Positions 31,865-42,047 of a stretch of 64,000 nt of DNA are shown in pieces. A program made the position numbers and the translations under genes. How positions within the stretch are numbered: position 1 is the first letter of the stretch; every line of letters begins with the position of its first letter. The stretch is from a candidate division WOR-3 bacterium (GTDB taxonomy: Bacteria > Hydrothermota > 32-111), in assembly GCA_039804105.1 (NCBI GenBank), contig JBDRZU010000002.1:96001-160000 (forward strand). The letters run 5' to 3'. Below the pieces are notes generated by a model. That model searched no databases. It saw only the letters and a list, made by a program, of their open reading frames with translations, and was not told the origin of the DNA.

Positions 31865-33202
31865 TCACCTGAGTTCTGAAACTATTTCCGAAAGTGTTGG
31901 ATGTATAAAAACTGTTTCCTTTAAAATTTTATAATCAAGATTATTCTGAACAAATGGTAAAAGTTGATGTATTATAACATCACTATCTTTACCAACAATA
32001 TCAACTCCTAAAATTTTATCATCTTTTGAAAGATAAACTCTTAATTCACCTGTTCTTGATTCATATGTTGCTGCCCGTCCATTTTCAGCATAATTCGATT
32101 TTAAAATTTTATATTCTATTCCTTCATTTTTCAATTGATCTTCACTCTTTCCAGAATGTGAGACAGGTGGAATCGTAAAAACGGAGTAAGGGATAAAACA
32201 ATAATCGATTCTTTCGCTTTTAATACCACAAATATTTTTTGCTGCAATCAAACCATCATAATAACCTTTATGAGCAAGCATAGGTCCTTCTGTTACATCA
32301 CCTGTTGCATAAATGTTTTCAACATTAGTTTTTTTATATCTGTCAGTTATTATAAAACCTTTCGTATCAGTTTTAATATCATAATTTTTAATCTCAACAC
32401 CTATAACAGGTTTTCTTCCAATAGCAACAATAAGTTTATCAAAATTCAAACTCTCACCTGAAGAAAGAAAAATTTTTTTGTTCTCTTTATCAACGGAAAC
32501 AACTTTACCTGATCCCAAAAATTTTATTCCACTTTTCTGTAAGATTTTTTTTGCACTTTCTTTAATAAAACTATTCTCCGTTGAAGGAAGTGGTGAATCA
32601 AACATTTCAACAATTGAAACTTCACTTCCAAAAAAAGAAAAATATGTTGCAAACTCACAACCGATAACACCACCACCTATTATTACAAGTTTTTTCGGAA
32701 TCTCTTTTAAAGAGAGTGCATCCTTTGAGTTCAAAATCGTTTCACCATCAAAATCAATAGATTGTAAAGATAGATCTTTACTTCCAGTTGCTATTACCAA
32801 ATTATCAAACTCAAATTTTTCACCATTTTCAGTTTCAACAACATTTCCATCCTCCAAATGTGCTGTTGAAAAAACTATATCTATACCAAGATTTAACAAT
32901 TTTTTATAAAGACCTGTTTGGAGAATTTTAACAACCCTTTCTTTCCTTTCAAACACTTTTATAAAATCTAATGAAAATGAAGTTTTTATACCAAATTTTT
33001 CTGAAACTCTTAAACTTTCTATCATCTCTGCTGTTGAAATAAAAGTTTTCGTTGGAATGCATCCATAGTTAAGACACACTCCACCAATTCTATCCTTTTC
33101 TATTATCAAAACACTTTTTGAACTATCAAACTCTTTTATCCTTTCAGCAGCATAATATCCCCCAGAACCACCGCCAATAATAATCACATTATATTTCCTC
33201 AT
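31865..33202 (-). CDS. lpdA: Dihydrolipoamide dehydrogenase
   Basis: GGGSGG, GGVCLNYGCIPTK redox disulfide, GGGVIGCE, MLAH, HPTLSE. Confidence 0.88.
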   Translation of the reverse strand: MRKYNVIIIGGGSGGYYAAERIKEFDSSKSVLIIEKDRIGGVCLNYGCIPTKTFISTAEMIESLRVSEKFGIKTSFSLDFIKVFERKERVVKILQTGLYKKLLNLGIDIVFSTAHLEDGNVVETENGEKFEFDNLVIATGSKDLSLQSIDFDGETILNSKDALSLKEIPKKLVIIGGGVIGCEFATYFSFFGSEVSIVEMFDSPLPSTENSFIKESAKKILQKSGIKFLGSGKVVSVDKENKKIFLSSGESLNFDKLIVAIGRKPVIGVEIKNYDIKTDTKGFIITDRYKKTNVENIYATGDVTEGPMLAHKGYYDGLIAAKNICGIKSERIDYCFIPYSVFTIPPVSHSGKSEDQLKNEGIEYKILKSNYAENGRAATYESRTGELRVYLSKDDKILGVDIVGKDSDVIIHQLLPFVQNNLDYKILKETVFIHPTLSEIVSELR

Positions 33203-33477
33203 TCTTTACTCCTTTTTTAAATATAATAATATTTTCTTTAATTATGTCAACACTAAAAAAGTGAAATTTTTGCACTTTAAATAAAAATGTTTCAATCTTT
33301 TTGTTGAGGTAAACTATAATTAATTAAATATTTATATTTTTCACTTCTTAAATTATGCAACTTTTTGCCTTGATAAACTTCAAATTTTAAATTAAATATT
33401 TAAAAAATAATTACTTAACTATGGTATATTTTTTGCTTTTGGATTTCTCAAATTTTGAGAAAATGATAGGAGGTTAA

Positions 33478-36400
33478 ATGAAAAAACTTTTAACATTAAC
33501 TTTGCTTCTTCTTGTTGTAGCTGTAGTAGTTTTTGCTGTTCCAGCAAGACCAGGATTTAGGGTCTTTGAGCAACCAGATGGAACAAAGTTTATTGCTCAA
33601 CTGAAGGGAGATGAGCATTTCCATTTTGCTGAAACTGAGGATAGGTATGCTATCATCAGAAACAGTGAGGGATGGTGGACTTATGCTAACAAAGTTGATG
33701 GGATTTTGGTTCCTTCACTTTTCCTTGTTGGAAAAGATAATCCACCATTTCCAAAAGGTTTAAGACCTGATCCAGATAAAGTTGCTGCTCTTCCAGGAAA
33801 TGAACTTAAACAGATAAACTGGACAAAACTTTTCAATATCAACGATGAAGCAGCAACAAAAGGAGGTTATACTGACAGAAAATTTTTGGTTATACTTGGA
33901 TGCTTTGATGATTCATCATTCCTCGGAACAGTAAAACCAGAAACAAGATGGGATATAAACTCATGGACACTCAGAAGTGGTTTTACTTCTGGAAGTGCTG
34001 GTGGAACTGCTCATGATTCTTTATACTGGGATTCAGTATTTTTCTCAAATTCTCCAGGTTCATTCAGAACATTCTTTAAAGAGATCTCGTTTGGTAGATG
34101 GCTAATCGATACAGCATGTCATGTTCAGGGGCCAGTTTCATCAGGTAAAACTTATGGTCAGTATGGAGATGGTGCTGAACTGACATATATGCAGGATATC
34201 ATTTATAGAAGTTCAGGAAGAATGAAAACAACACCACATAGAGCAGATCAGAATGCATATTCAGACTATGATGGTGATGGTGATGGTTATGTTGACCACT
34301 GGATAGTTGTTCGTGCTGGTGGTGAACAGTCAGCAACAGGATCAATAAAAGACATGTGGGCTTCAAAATATACAACAACAGTTTCTACAACAACAGGTGC
34401 AACTGTAAGAAACCCGACCAACGCTGGAGAGTTAACAGATTCATTATCAAAAACCTGGACTTCGACACAACTTCTTGATACACAGTTTGTCAGATCATAC
34501 ACAATGGGTATAGGTGTTCATGCTCATGAGTCATACCATGCTTTCAGTGCACCTGACCTTTATGATTATGGATATCAGGGTGAACCCGCAGATGTATGGA
34601 GTTTGATGGATGCAGGTTCGTGGACAGGTGATGGAATACAATCAGGTTCAAGACCACCACATCCAGGTGCAATGCTTCAGTACTCATTCAGAGGTTATCC
34701 TGAAAGTGGTGATACAACAGCAGGATTTATGCCTGATGATTGGGATCAATTGATCACAACAAACGGAAGATATTTTGTTGTCGGTCTTGCTGCTGATTCA
34801 TCAAAAGGTGGACCAAGATTCATCATGGCAAGAAACTCTGCAATGACAACAGCAGGAGAATATTTCTTTATTGAAAATAGGTGTAATAAAGGTTTCTTTG
34901 AATCATGCTTACCCGAGCATGGTTTGATAATCGTTCATTATGACCCGTCAGAAAAAGGTACATATTATAACGAAGGTCCAGATTATTATACTTACTGGGT
35001 AGAACAGAGGGGCTTTGATCCACAGATACATGTAACATACCCTAACGATACAATCTATAGAGATGCAGGTCAGGCACCATATTTTGCAGGCGATGACTAT
35101 GAATTTACAAACCTTACATCAGCAGGTGCAAATATAAACGGTTCAACAACAAGTTTTGGTCCTTATATTATTTCAATCTCCGCACCTGGTGATACAATGT
35201 GGTTTACAATCGATAACGCAACGGTTCCTGCAGGTGCATCATTCGCTTATAAATCACATACAGTTTATGATACTTTAACAAACTATTCAAACAGAAACGG
35301 TTCAATTGATCCAGATGAAGTTGTTGACCTTGTGATAGCAGTAAAGAATGTTGGTGGAAATGCATCAAGTGTTACTGCAAAATTAAGACACAAATATGGA
35401 CTTGTAACTGTTCTTGATTCAACAGCAAACTATGGAACGATCAACTCACAAGCAACTGTTTCAAATACAGGTGATATTTTCAGAATCAAAATCAAACCAG
35501 GTTGTCCAACCGATACAATTCTATTCTTTACACTTTATTTCACTTCCTCAAACGGTTCAAACGAAACAGAGTTCGGTATAAAGATCAATTCAACACCAAT
35601 GGTTTATTCAAGAGTTTTAAGAACAATATCTAACTCACTCAGAGACCCAGCAGGTATCGATTTGATGTATTTCCCAGATATAAATGACTGGTTGTTTATG
35701 ACAGCAGGAACAGGCCTTGGAAATGTTTATGGAACTGGTGCTAAGAAGATGTTTATTCTTGACCTTTCAACATGGGGAACAGTCGTAAAAGATTCATTCG
35801 TATACGGTGGTGCAAACTACCTTATGTGTATGGATCATGATAAGCAGGGAAGAATCTGGTATTCTTCAGGTGACTCAGCATACTGCTATGATATTTCATC
35901 AGGTTCACCGGTGCTTGTTGGAAGATTGAGATGGCCTAACTCTGATTACGCTGGAACCGTTATGAAAAGAGTCAGAGGAGTAACTTTTGATAACAACGAT
36001 TCACTTTATGGTTACTGGCAAACATACGGAACATTTGAAGAATCAATATATGGAGTGAGAAAGACACTTGGAACTCTATCAACCATCTGGGACAGAGCTG
36101 CACTTCTTGATGGAACAAGTTATGGTGGAAAGTGGAACAACGGTAGAGGTATCGAGTGGGATGGAACATGCCTCTGGTCTGTTAACATCTTTGAGAACCT
36201 CATATTCAGAAAATATCCAATCAACAATCCATCAGTTCCTTCAAACCTTGAATTCAAAACAATTAACACAATTTCCTGTCCATCAGTCTTTGGAAATTAT
36301 CCGGCTTATGATATAGCGATTCAGGATGTATCTTCTGATGGAGTTACACCGGCTGTTCCTTACGCTTTTGGAAATAGATACTATATGTGGACGATGAACC

Positions 36401-37290
36401 TCGATAATTCAGAGGTTACAAAAATAGATATTACAGCACTCGTTCTCCCAGAGCAGGTTGACCTTGTGACTTCAGCATGTACATTCAACGATGCTAAAGA
36501 TAGTGTAAAACTTGTTTGGAGAAAGAATCCATTAAAGGACTTTGTGACAAAATATATAGTTTACAGATCACAGGATCCTAACTTCTATGCAACATCAAAA
36601 GATTCTGTGTTGGCAACAACAGATACCACTGTAACATTCGCTATACCAAACACAAAAGGTTTGCATTACTTCAAAGTTAGAGCTGTTAACTATCAGGGCT
36701 ATTCATTCAACACATCCGATGAGGTTTATGTTGTCAACAACACAACAACAGCACTCAACACTGTTTCACTTGTTGCAACACAGAAAGGTACTGATGTTTA
36801 CCTTGAATGGGAAAAGGAAGGTATAAACAATGGTTCTGCATGGGAGATTTCAAGGGCAAAGGAAAACGATCAGTTTGAGGTTGTTGGCTCAGTTGATTTC
36901 AAATCAACAAAATTCGTTGATAATAAAATTTCTGAAAATGGAACCTATACATACAAACTTGACCTTGTAAAACTCGGTGGTGAAAAGGTAACATATGGAC
37001 AGGTCTCGATTAAATTCTTCAATCCTTATGTGTTCAAACTCTATCAACTTGATAAAAATCCAGTCAAAGGTAGTTTCAATATTAACTACTCAATCGATAG
37101 AGAGGACTATGTTACTTTGAAAGTATACTCAGTAACAGGTCAGGTTGTCGCAACACTTGCAAACGGAGTCATGACTCCAGGTAGATATACTGCTAAAGTT
37201 GATGAAAAGAAACTTTCAGCAGGTATCTACTATGTTGTTTTGACTCAGGGTTCAAAGAAAGATAACATGAAGGTTACAATTTTAAAGTAA
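33478..37290 (+). CDS. Large secreted M6-family (immune inhibitor A-like) metalloprotease with Ig/FN3-like and T9SS-like C-terminal domains
   Basis: AVPARPG..QPDGT..GDEH propeptide, DGDGDGYVD, HESYHAFSAPDLYD, WSLMDAGSW, EYFFIENR; tail LKVYSVTGQVVATL...LSAGIYYV. Confidence 0.9.
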   Translation: MKKLLTLTLLLLVVAVVVFAVPARPGFRVFEQPDGTKFIAQLKGDEHFHFAETEDRYAIIRNSEGWWTYANKVDGILVPSLFLVGKDNPPFPKGLRPDPDKVAALPGNELKQINWTKLFNINDEAATKGGYTDRKFLVILGCFDDSSFLGTVKPETRWDINSWTLRSGFTSGSAGGTAHDSLYWDSVFFSNSPGSFRTFFKEISFGRWLIDTACHVQGPVSSGKTYGQYGDGAELTYMQDIIYRSSGRMKTTPHRADQNAYSDYDGDGDGYVDHWIVVRAGGEQSATGSIKDMWASKYTTTVSTTTGATVRNPTNAGELTDSLSKTWTSTQLLDTQFVRSYTMGIGVHAHESYHAFSAPDLYDYGYQGEPADVWSLMDAGSWTGDGIQSGSRPPHPGAMLQYSFRGYPESGDTTAGFMPDDWDQLITTNGRYFVVGLAADSSKGGPRFIMARNSAMTTAGEYFFIENRCNKGFFESCLPEHGLIIVHYDPSEKGTYYNEGPDYYTYWVEQRGFDPQIHVTYPNDTIYRDAGQAPYFAGDDYEFTNLTSAGANINGSTTSFGPYIISISAPGDTMWFTIDNATVPAGASFAYKSHTVYDTLTNYSNRNGSIDPDEVVDLVIAVKNVGGNASSVTAKLRHKYGLVTVLDSTANYGTINSQATVSNTGDIFRIKIKPGCPTDTILFFTLYFTSSNGSNETEFGIKINSTPMVYSRVLRTISNSLRDPAGIDLMYFPDINDWLFMTAGTGLGNVYGTGAKKMFILDLSTWGTVVKDSFVYGGANYLMCMDHDKQGRIWYSSGDSAYCYDISSGSPVLVGRLRWPNSDYAGTVMKRVRGVTFDNNDSLYGYWQTYGTFEESIYGVRKTLGTLSTIWDRAALLDGTSYGGKWNNGRGIEWDGTCLWSVNIFENLIFRKYPINNPSVPSNLEFKTINTISCPSVFGNYPAYDIAIQDVSSDGVTPAVPYAFGNRYYMWTMNLDNSEVTKIDITALVLPEQVDLVTSACTFNDAKDSVKLVWRKNPLKDFVTKYIVYRSQDPNFYATSKDSVLATTDTTVTFAIPNTKGLHYFKVRAVNYQGYSFNTSDEVYVVNNTTTALNTVSLVATQKGTDVYLEWEKEGINNGSAWEISRAKENDQFEVVGSVDFKSTKFVDNKISENGTYTYKLDLVKLGGEKVTYGQVSIKFFNPYVFKLYQLDKNPVKGSFNINYSIDREDYVTLKVYSVTGQVVATLANGVMTPGRYTAKVDEKKLSAGIYYVVLTQGSKKDNMKVTILK

Positions 37291-37302
37291 CCAGATCAAA
37301 AT

Positions 37303-37332
37303 AAAAAGGGGGCTTAAAAAGCCCCCTTTTTT
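37303..37332. terminator. Bidirectional intrinsic terminator
   Basis: AAAAAGGGGGCTT-AAA-AAGCCCCCTTTTTT between convergent genes. Confidence 0.88.
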
Positions 37333-38470
37333 ATTTATAAACTTTCTCCACAATTTTTTTTGAAATTTTTTCCCATGTGAAATTTGAAGAAAAATTTCTC
37401 AAGTATTCCCTATCCCAGCTGTATTCAACTGCTTCAACAAGTTTTTTTAAAAACTCTTGTTTATCTCTTTTTTCAACGATAAAACCTGTTTTATAATCTT
37501 TAACAACTTCTTTTACACCACCAACATCAAATGAAATAACTGGAACACCAGAAGAGAATGATTCAAAAAGTATTGTCGGAAAACCCTCAGATTTACTTGT
37601 TATCAAGGTTAAAAATGCTTTTCTATATATATCTTTCATTCTAATTCTTTCAACAAAACCTTGAAAATCAACATAATCTTTTATTTTATATTCATCAATT
37701 CTCTTTAAAACCTGTTCCCTCAAAGGTCCATCTCCAACAATTTTGAGCTTAAAATCTTTTCTTATTTTTAAAAACTCGTTAAAAATATCTATCAATATCA
37801 AAGGATCTTTGACATAAGTCAACCGTCCAACAAAAAGAAGATTTTTTGACTGATCTGTTATTTCGAATATCTCTTTTATTCCATTTCTGATAACTATTGA
37901 GTTTTCGATTTTAAAATCATTTTTAAGAATCTTTCGCATCTTTTCACTAACAACTATAACTTTTTTTGACTTTTTAAGATAATAGTTTACTAAAATCTTA
38001 TCAAGAGGTCTTCTGTTTATAAACATAAGATCAGATCCATGTATTGTAACAACGAACGGGATTTTTTTTAACCTCGAAAGGATATACCCAGTAAATCCAT
38101 CTGGGAAAAGTGTATGAGAGTGAATAACATCGAATCGATCATTTTTTGTTTTTAAATGAAGAATAAAAGAAATTAAAAAGGAATCAAAATGTTTAGAAAA
38201 AACTTTTGGATATTTTAAAAGTTTAAAATCATTTTTCTGCTCTTTTATTTTGAATTTTTCTAATATTTTTTCCCTTTTTTTGGAAAAAAAAATCAAAAAA
38301 ATTTCTTTTATCGAAGGATTTATTCTAACTGGAACAAAAATTTTTACATCACACAGTTTTTTTAACTCTTCTACCTGTTCATAAACATATATTCCTGTTG
38401 AAGGCGTTAACCTTTGTGGTGACTCTGGCCAGAGGTGGGAGATCAAAAGGACTTTTTTATCCTTTTTCAT
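37331..38470 (-). CDS. Glycosyltransferase family 4
   Basis: IHSH, TIHGSD, FVGRL, EGFPTILFES, DVGGVKE. Confidence 0.9.
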   Translation of the reverse strand: MKKDKKVLLISHLWPESPQRLTPSTGIYVYEQVEELKKLCDVKIFVPVRINPSIKEIFLIFFSKKREKILEKFKIKEQKNDFKLLKYPKVFSKHFDSFLISFILHLKTKNDRFDVIHSHTLFPDGFTGYILSRLKKIPFVVTIHGSDLMFINRRPLDKILVNYYLKKSKKVIVVSEKMRKILKNDFKIENSIVIRNGIKEIFEITDQSKNLLFVGRLTYVKDPLILIDIFNEFLKIRKDFKLKIVGDGPLREQVLKRIDEYKIKDYVDFQGFVERIRMKDIYRKAFLTLITSKSEGFPTILFESFSSGVPVISFDVGGVKEVVKDYKTGFIVEKRDKQEFLKKLVEAVEYSWDREYLRNFSSNFTWEKISKKIVEKVYK

Positions 38471-39551
38471 ACTCTATAAGTTTTATTTTTAGATCTTTAT
38501 CTATCTTCTTTTGTTCAATATCCTTTTCATCTCTAACTATGAATTGCTGGTATCTATCTGTGGTTTTTATATGTACCAATTTTCTTTCACCATCAAAAAC
38601 ACCAAAAATGTTATGTTTCTCAGGTGAAGGGAATGGGCCATCAACTCCACCTGTTTCAAAATAGATTTCATTAACTTTTTTCTTATCTTTAAAAAAACCT
38701 TTTTCAATAAACTCTCTTTTCAATTTCCCATCAATATTTTCTGGAATTTTAATTCCAACGGAAACAAGAAGTAATGGAAGAAAATCTACACTTGAATGTA
38801 GATCGTTTATATCTTCCCTTTTTCCCTCTCCATATTTTATCACGAAATTATGTAGAGTGTAGTTATAAAGAAAAACTCCATAAGCCCTTTCTCCAAAAAC
38901 CTCACCTGTTGATGCACCATGATCTGAAAGAACCCAGATATCACTATTTTCATCCATTTTTTTTTCTTTTAATAGAGAAAGAATTTTTTTTAAGTACTCT
39001 CCAGAAATTCTTATATCATTTTTGTATCTTTCTCTGTTTTTTTCCATATTGTTAAAATACTCTTCAGATCTATCATTATAAACATTTAAAACATTGTTAA
39101 CAAGTGATGTATGTATTTTCGAATAGTGAAGATATAGAAAAAACGGCTTACCTGTTTTCATTTTTTCAGCGTTTTCTTGAACAAACTCTATATGTTTTTT
39201 TTCAACATCCTGATTGTATTCATCATGTAAAGTGTAAACATCAAACCCCCTGTTAGCCATAACAACAGGACTTGGAATATTTGCAAAAGTTGAATAACCA
39301 TTTTCTTTTAAATACTGTGGAATTATTTTAACATCCTTTTTTAAATCGTTAGGTCTGAAATATCCATTCACACCATTGTTTTTTGGATAAACTCCTGTAA
39401 AGATTGTATGCATTGAACCTATAGTATAAGGTGATGCTGTATAAAATCTATTATACCAAACAGATTTTGAAAACAGTTCCTGATATACAAGATCTTCTTT
39501 TACAAAATCGTATCTTGCTCCATCTATTATTATCAAAATTATGTTTTTCAT
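38457..39551 (-). CDS. Sulfatase-like alkaline-phosphatase-superfamily hydrolase/transferase
   Basis: NIILIIIDGARYD, SPYTIGSMHTIFTG, PFFLYLHY, LSDHG. Confidence 0.85.
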   Translation of the reverse strand: MKNIILIIIDGARYDFVKEDLVYQELFSKSVWYNRFYTASPYTIGSMHTIFTGVYPKNNGVNGYFRPNDLKKDVKIIPQYLKENGYSTFANIPSPVVMANRGFDVYTLHDEYNQDVEKKHIEFVQENAEKMKTGKPFFLYLHYSKIHTSLVNNVLNVYNDRSEEYFNNMEKNRERYKNDIRISGEYLKKILSLLKEKKMDENSDIWVLSDHGASTGEVFGERAYGVFLYNYTLHNFVIKYGEGKREDINDLHSSVDFLPLLLVSVGIKIPENIDGKLKREFIEKGFFKDKKKVNEIYFETGGVDGPFPSPEKHNIFGVFDGERKLVHIKTTDRYQQFIVRDEKDIEQKKIDKDLKIKLIEYEKG

Positions 39552-40300
39552 TTTTTATTTCTTTTTTTCAAATTTTTATAAATAACTTCTCTTGCGTATG
39601 AAAGGTCCTCAAAAGTGTCAACCTCTGTCCATAAAAGTCCATCAGTGTAAACAGGTCTGAAAAAAACTCCATCTTTTGAGATATCAACAATAAGATCCTC
39701 ATAATATTTACCTTTCGCTAAAAAATCAAAAGTATCATAATGTTTCATCATTGCTTTTATTGAGTCAAATTTTACCATCGTTATACCTATATACTCACCA
39801 ACAGAGTCCTCTATCCTATTTTTTTTGGACAAAGATGAAACATATCCATCTTTTAAAAGAACCTTCATCTCCTCTTCTCCAAGTGTTTTCACATTATCAA
39901 CAACGATGCAATTTTCATCATGCATTAAAACTTTTTTTAAAATATCACTGTCAAAAATTATATCACTGTTAAAAATTATAAAATCTTTTTTTATATGTGG
40001 TAATGCTGTAAAAAGTGTATAACAGTTGTTATATTCTTTATATTTTTTATTTTCAACAAAGGTAAAATTTATATCTTTAAACTTTTTTTTCAAACTTAAA
40101 ACATACCTTTTTAAAACTGAAAACTGATGACCTCCAACGATCAAAATATCTTTTAATTCATTTTTGTAAATATTTTCTATGATAAGTCCTATAAAAGTTG
40201 TTCTTCCAACCCTTAACATTGTTTTTGGTTTTGTTTCTGTATCTGGTTTTAACCTTTCACCTGTTCCTGCAGCAAGAATAACTGCTTGAAAATTTTTCAT
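39548..40300 (-). CDS. NTP transferase, phosphocholine cytidylyltransferase (LicC)-like
   Basis: AVILAAGTGERL, PKTML, NNCYTL, NSD, EEMKV, GEYIGI, WTEVDTFEDL. Confidence 0.85.
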   Translation of the reverse strand: MKNFQAVILAAGTGERLKPDTETKPKTMLRVGRTTFIGLIIENIYKNELKDILIVGGHQFSVLKRYVLSLKKKFKDINFTFVENKKYKEYNNCYTLFTALPHIKKDFIIFNSDIIFDSDILKKVLMHDENCIVVDNVKTLGEEEMKVLLKDGYVSSLSKKNRIEDSVGEYIGITMVKFDSIKAMMKHYDTFDFLAKGKYYEDLIVDISKDGVFFRPVYTDGLLWTEVDTFEDLSYAREVIYKNLKKRNKK

Positions 40301-40302
40301 TT

Positions 40303-41802
40303 TTACTCCCTATCTTTCAGATAACCTAATCTTCTCAATTCTTCTTTCACAAATTCATCATCAACTTTTATTTCTTCTTTTTTTCTTTTCACAAGAAAAT
40401 CATAAGTATCTATGAAAGTTGGTTCAAAGAATTTATATAAAGTTTTACCATCAAAATCTTTCGCTATAGGTAGATTCAAAAAAGAAAGAAGTGTTGGAAG
40501 AAAATCGTATATCGTCGAGTTCCCAGCATTCCCTTTAAATTGCAGATCCTTGTCATAGATCATAAAAATTCCTGTTTTATCATGGTCAGCAGATCTTTCA
40601 ATATCGTTCAAATCAACAAGGGAAAGAAAATCAAAATAATCTGTTCCAATAAGAACCTTTAAATTTGATAAATCTTCTTCTTTGAATTTACTTTTATCAA
40701 GTTGTGTTATTTTCAAAAAAATTCTTCCACTTTCATCCTTTTCAACAACTTCAAAAAATTTTACTCCTGAGGGCTTAATGATGATGTTTTTAAAGAAACG
40801 GATAAGGTTCTCTGCATCCAATCCACTATTCTCTTTTACAACTATAACAGAATTTAACCCGACAAAATAGATTTCTACTTTTCCAAGAATATTTGTTTTT
40901 TCAAGAAAACTTTTCTGCTTTAGAGACAGTGTTTTAAAACTTCCCTCTCTTATAGGTTTCATTCCATGATCCGATATTATAAATAGAGATGAATCTTTGT
41001 TATTTTCATATATTTTTCTTAAACTGTTGTCTATCTCTATGTACGCTTTTAAAAGAAAATCTCCATATTTTTTTCTTTCTTCATCAGAAACTTCGGGGAA
41101 ATTTTCTTTGTCTGAATATTTCCAGAAATAGTGTGCTGCCGAATCTGACAAAGGAATGAAGAAAAATGATACATCGGTTTTAAATCTTTTCACAAGATTC
41201 AAAAAAAGTGACAGGTTTATTCTGTTCAAAAAAATCAACCTTTTAAAAAGCTTTTCTTTTTTATCATAAAACCTTTCAAAAAATATATTGAATGACAGTT
41301 GAGATAATGTTAAAAAGTCCACTCCAATTCTTTTCAACTTAAAGAATAAAAGAATATTTTTAAAAAGATTTCCCTTTTTCTTTCCTCTAAGTTCCATTAT
41401 CGGATAAAGATATGAAGGAAAAGTCCTATTATCCCTTGCCATAGAACAGGGAATCGTAAATCCACCATAATTTTCAGGTGGCCAAGTTAACTCCCACCCA
41501 AAAGTTCCAACAGAGTATCCATAATGGTTCAAAATTTCAAACCATCTTGCTGAAAATATATCCTGTTGAAGATTAAAAAATGATAAAATTTTATGTTTTT
41601 CAGCTTTTTTACCTGTTGCAAGTGACGTCCATATTGTTGGAGAGATTGGAACCCTTGTGTCCTGCTCAACAGAATCCATAAAAGAGTATATTGAATTTTC
41701 TTTTAAAAATTTAAAAAATGGTAATTTCCCTTCTTCAACAAACCTATCTATCAGAGTGAATGTCCCACCATCTATTCCAATTATAATAACTTTTTTCTTC
41801 AT
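40303..41802 (-). CDS. Alkaline-phosphatase-superfamily phosphodiesterase/nucleotide pyrophosphatase-like protein
   Basis: IIGIDGGT, ISPTIWTSLATG, ISDHG, DHDKTGIF, C-terminal LRRLGY. Confidence 0.88.
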   Translation of the reverse strand: MKKKVIIIGIDGGTFTLIDRFVEEGKLPFFKFLKENSIYSFMDSVEQDTRVPISPTIWTSLATGKKAEKHKILSFFNLQQDIFSARWFEILNHYGYSVGTFGWELTWPPENYGGFTIPCSMARDNRTFPSYLYPIMELRGKKKGNLFKNILLFFKLKRIGVDFLTLSQLSFNIFFERFYDKKEKLFKRLIFLNRINLSLFLNLVKRFKTDVSFFFIPLSDSAAHYFWKYSDKENFPEVSDEERKKYGDFLLKAYIEIDNSLRKIYENNKDSSLFIISDHGMKPIREGSFKTLSLKQKSFLEKTNILGKVEIYFVGLNSVIVVKENSGLDAENLIRFFKNIIIKPSGVKFFEVVEKDESGRIFLKITQLDKSKFKEEDLSNLKVLIGTDYFDFLSLVDLNDIERSADHDKTGIFMIYDKDLQFKGNAGNSTIYDFLPTLLSFLNLPIAKDFDGKTLYKFFEPTFIDTYDFLVKRKKEEIKVDDEFVKEELRRLGYLKDRE

Positions 41803-42047
41803 AATTTTAAATTATACTAACATAAAAATTTAATTCAAGTTAAATTTAAAAATCTATTAACACATTAACTTAAAAAGAATTGGGTTCTATTCAAAATTCT
41901 TAAAGCTTCTAAATCTTTCTTATATTTGCTTATTTAGAATTTATAAAAAAAGTAATAAAAAAATTAAGAGCCTTACATTTTTAATATATAAATAATCCTT
42001 GACACAATTTGAATATTAAAATATTATTAAATAATAAAAAAAGAATT

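Noticed and set aside
33258..33278. AAAGTG-N9-CACTTT palindrome upstream of lpdA as a Rex operator
   Set aside because: Spacing is one base longer than the TTGTGAA-N4-TTCACAA consensus and the flanks mismatch; it could arise by chance in AT-rich DNA.
41820..42010. att-like direct repeat of the tRNA-Asp 3' end at the left island boundary (also checked 44125-44280)
   Set aside because: No copy of CGGGAGCGACGAGACTCG or a clear part of it was found by eye, and no integrase is present, so an active integrative element is not supported.
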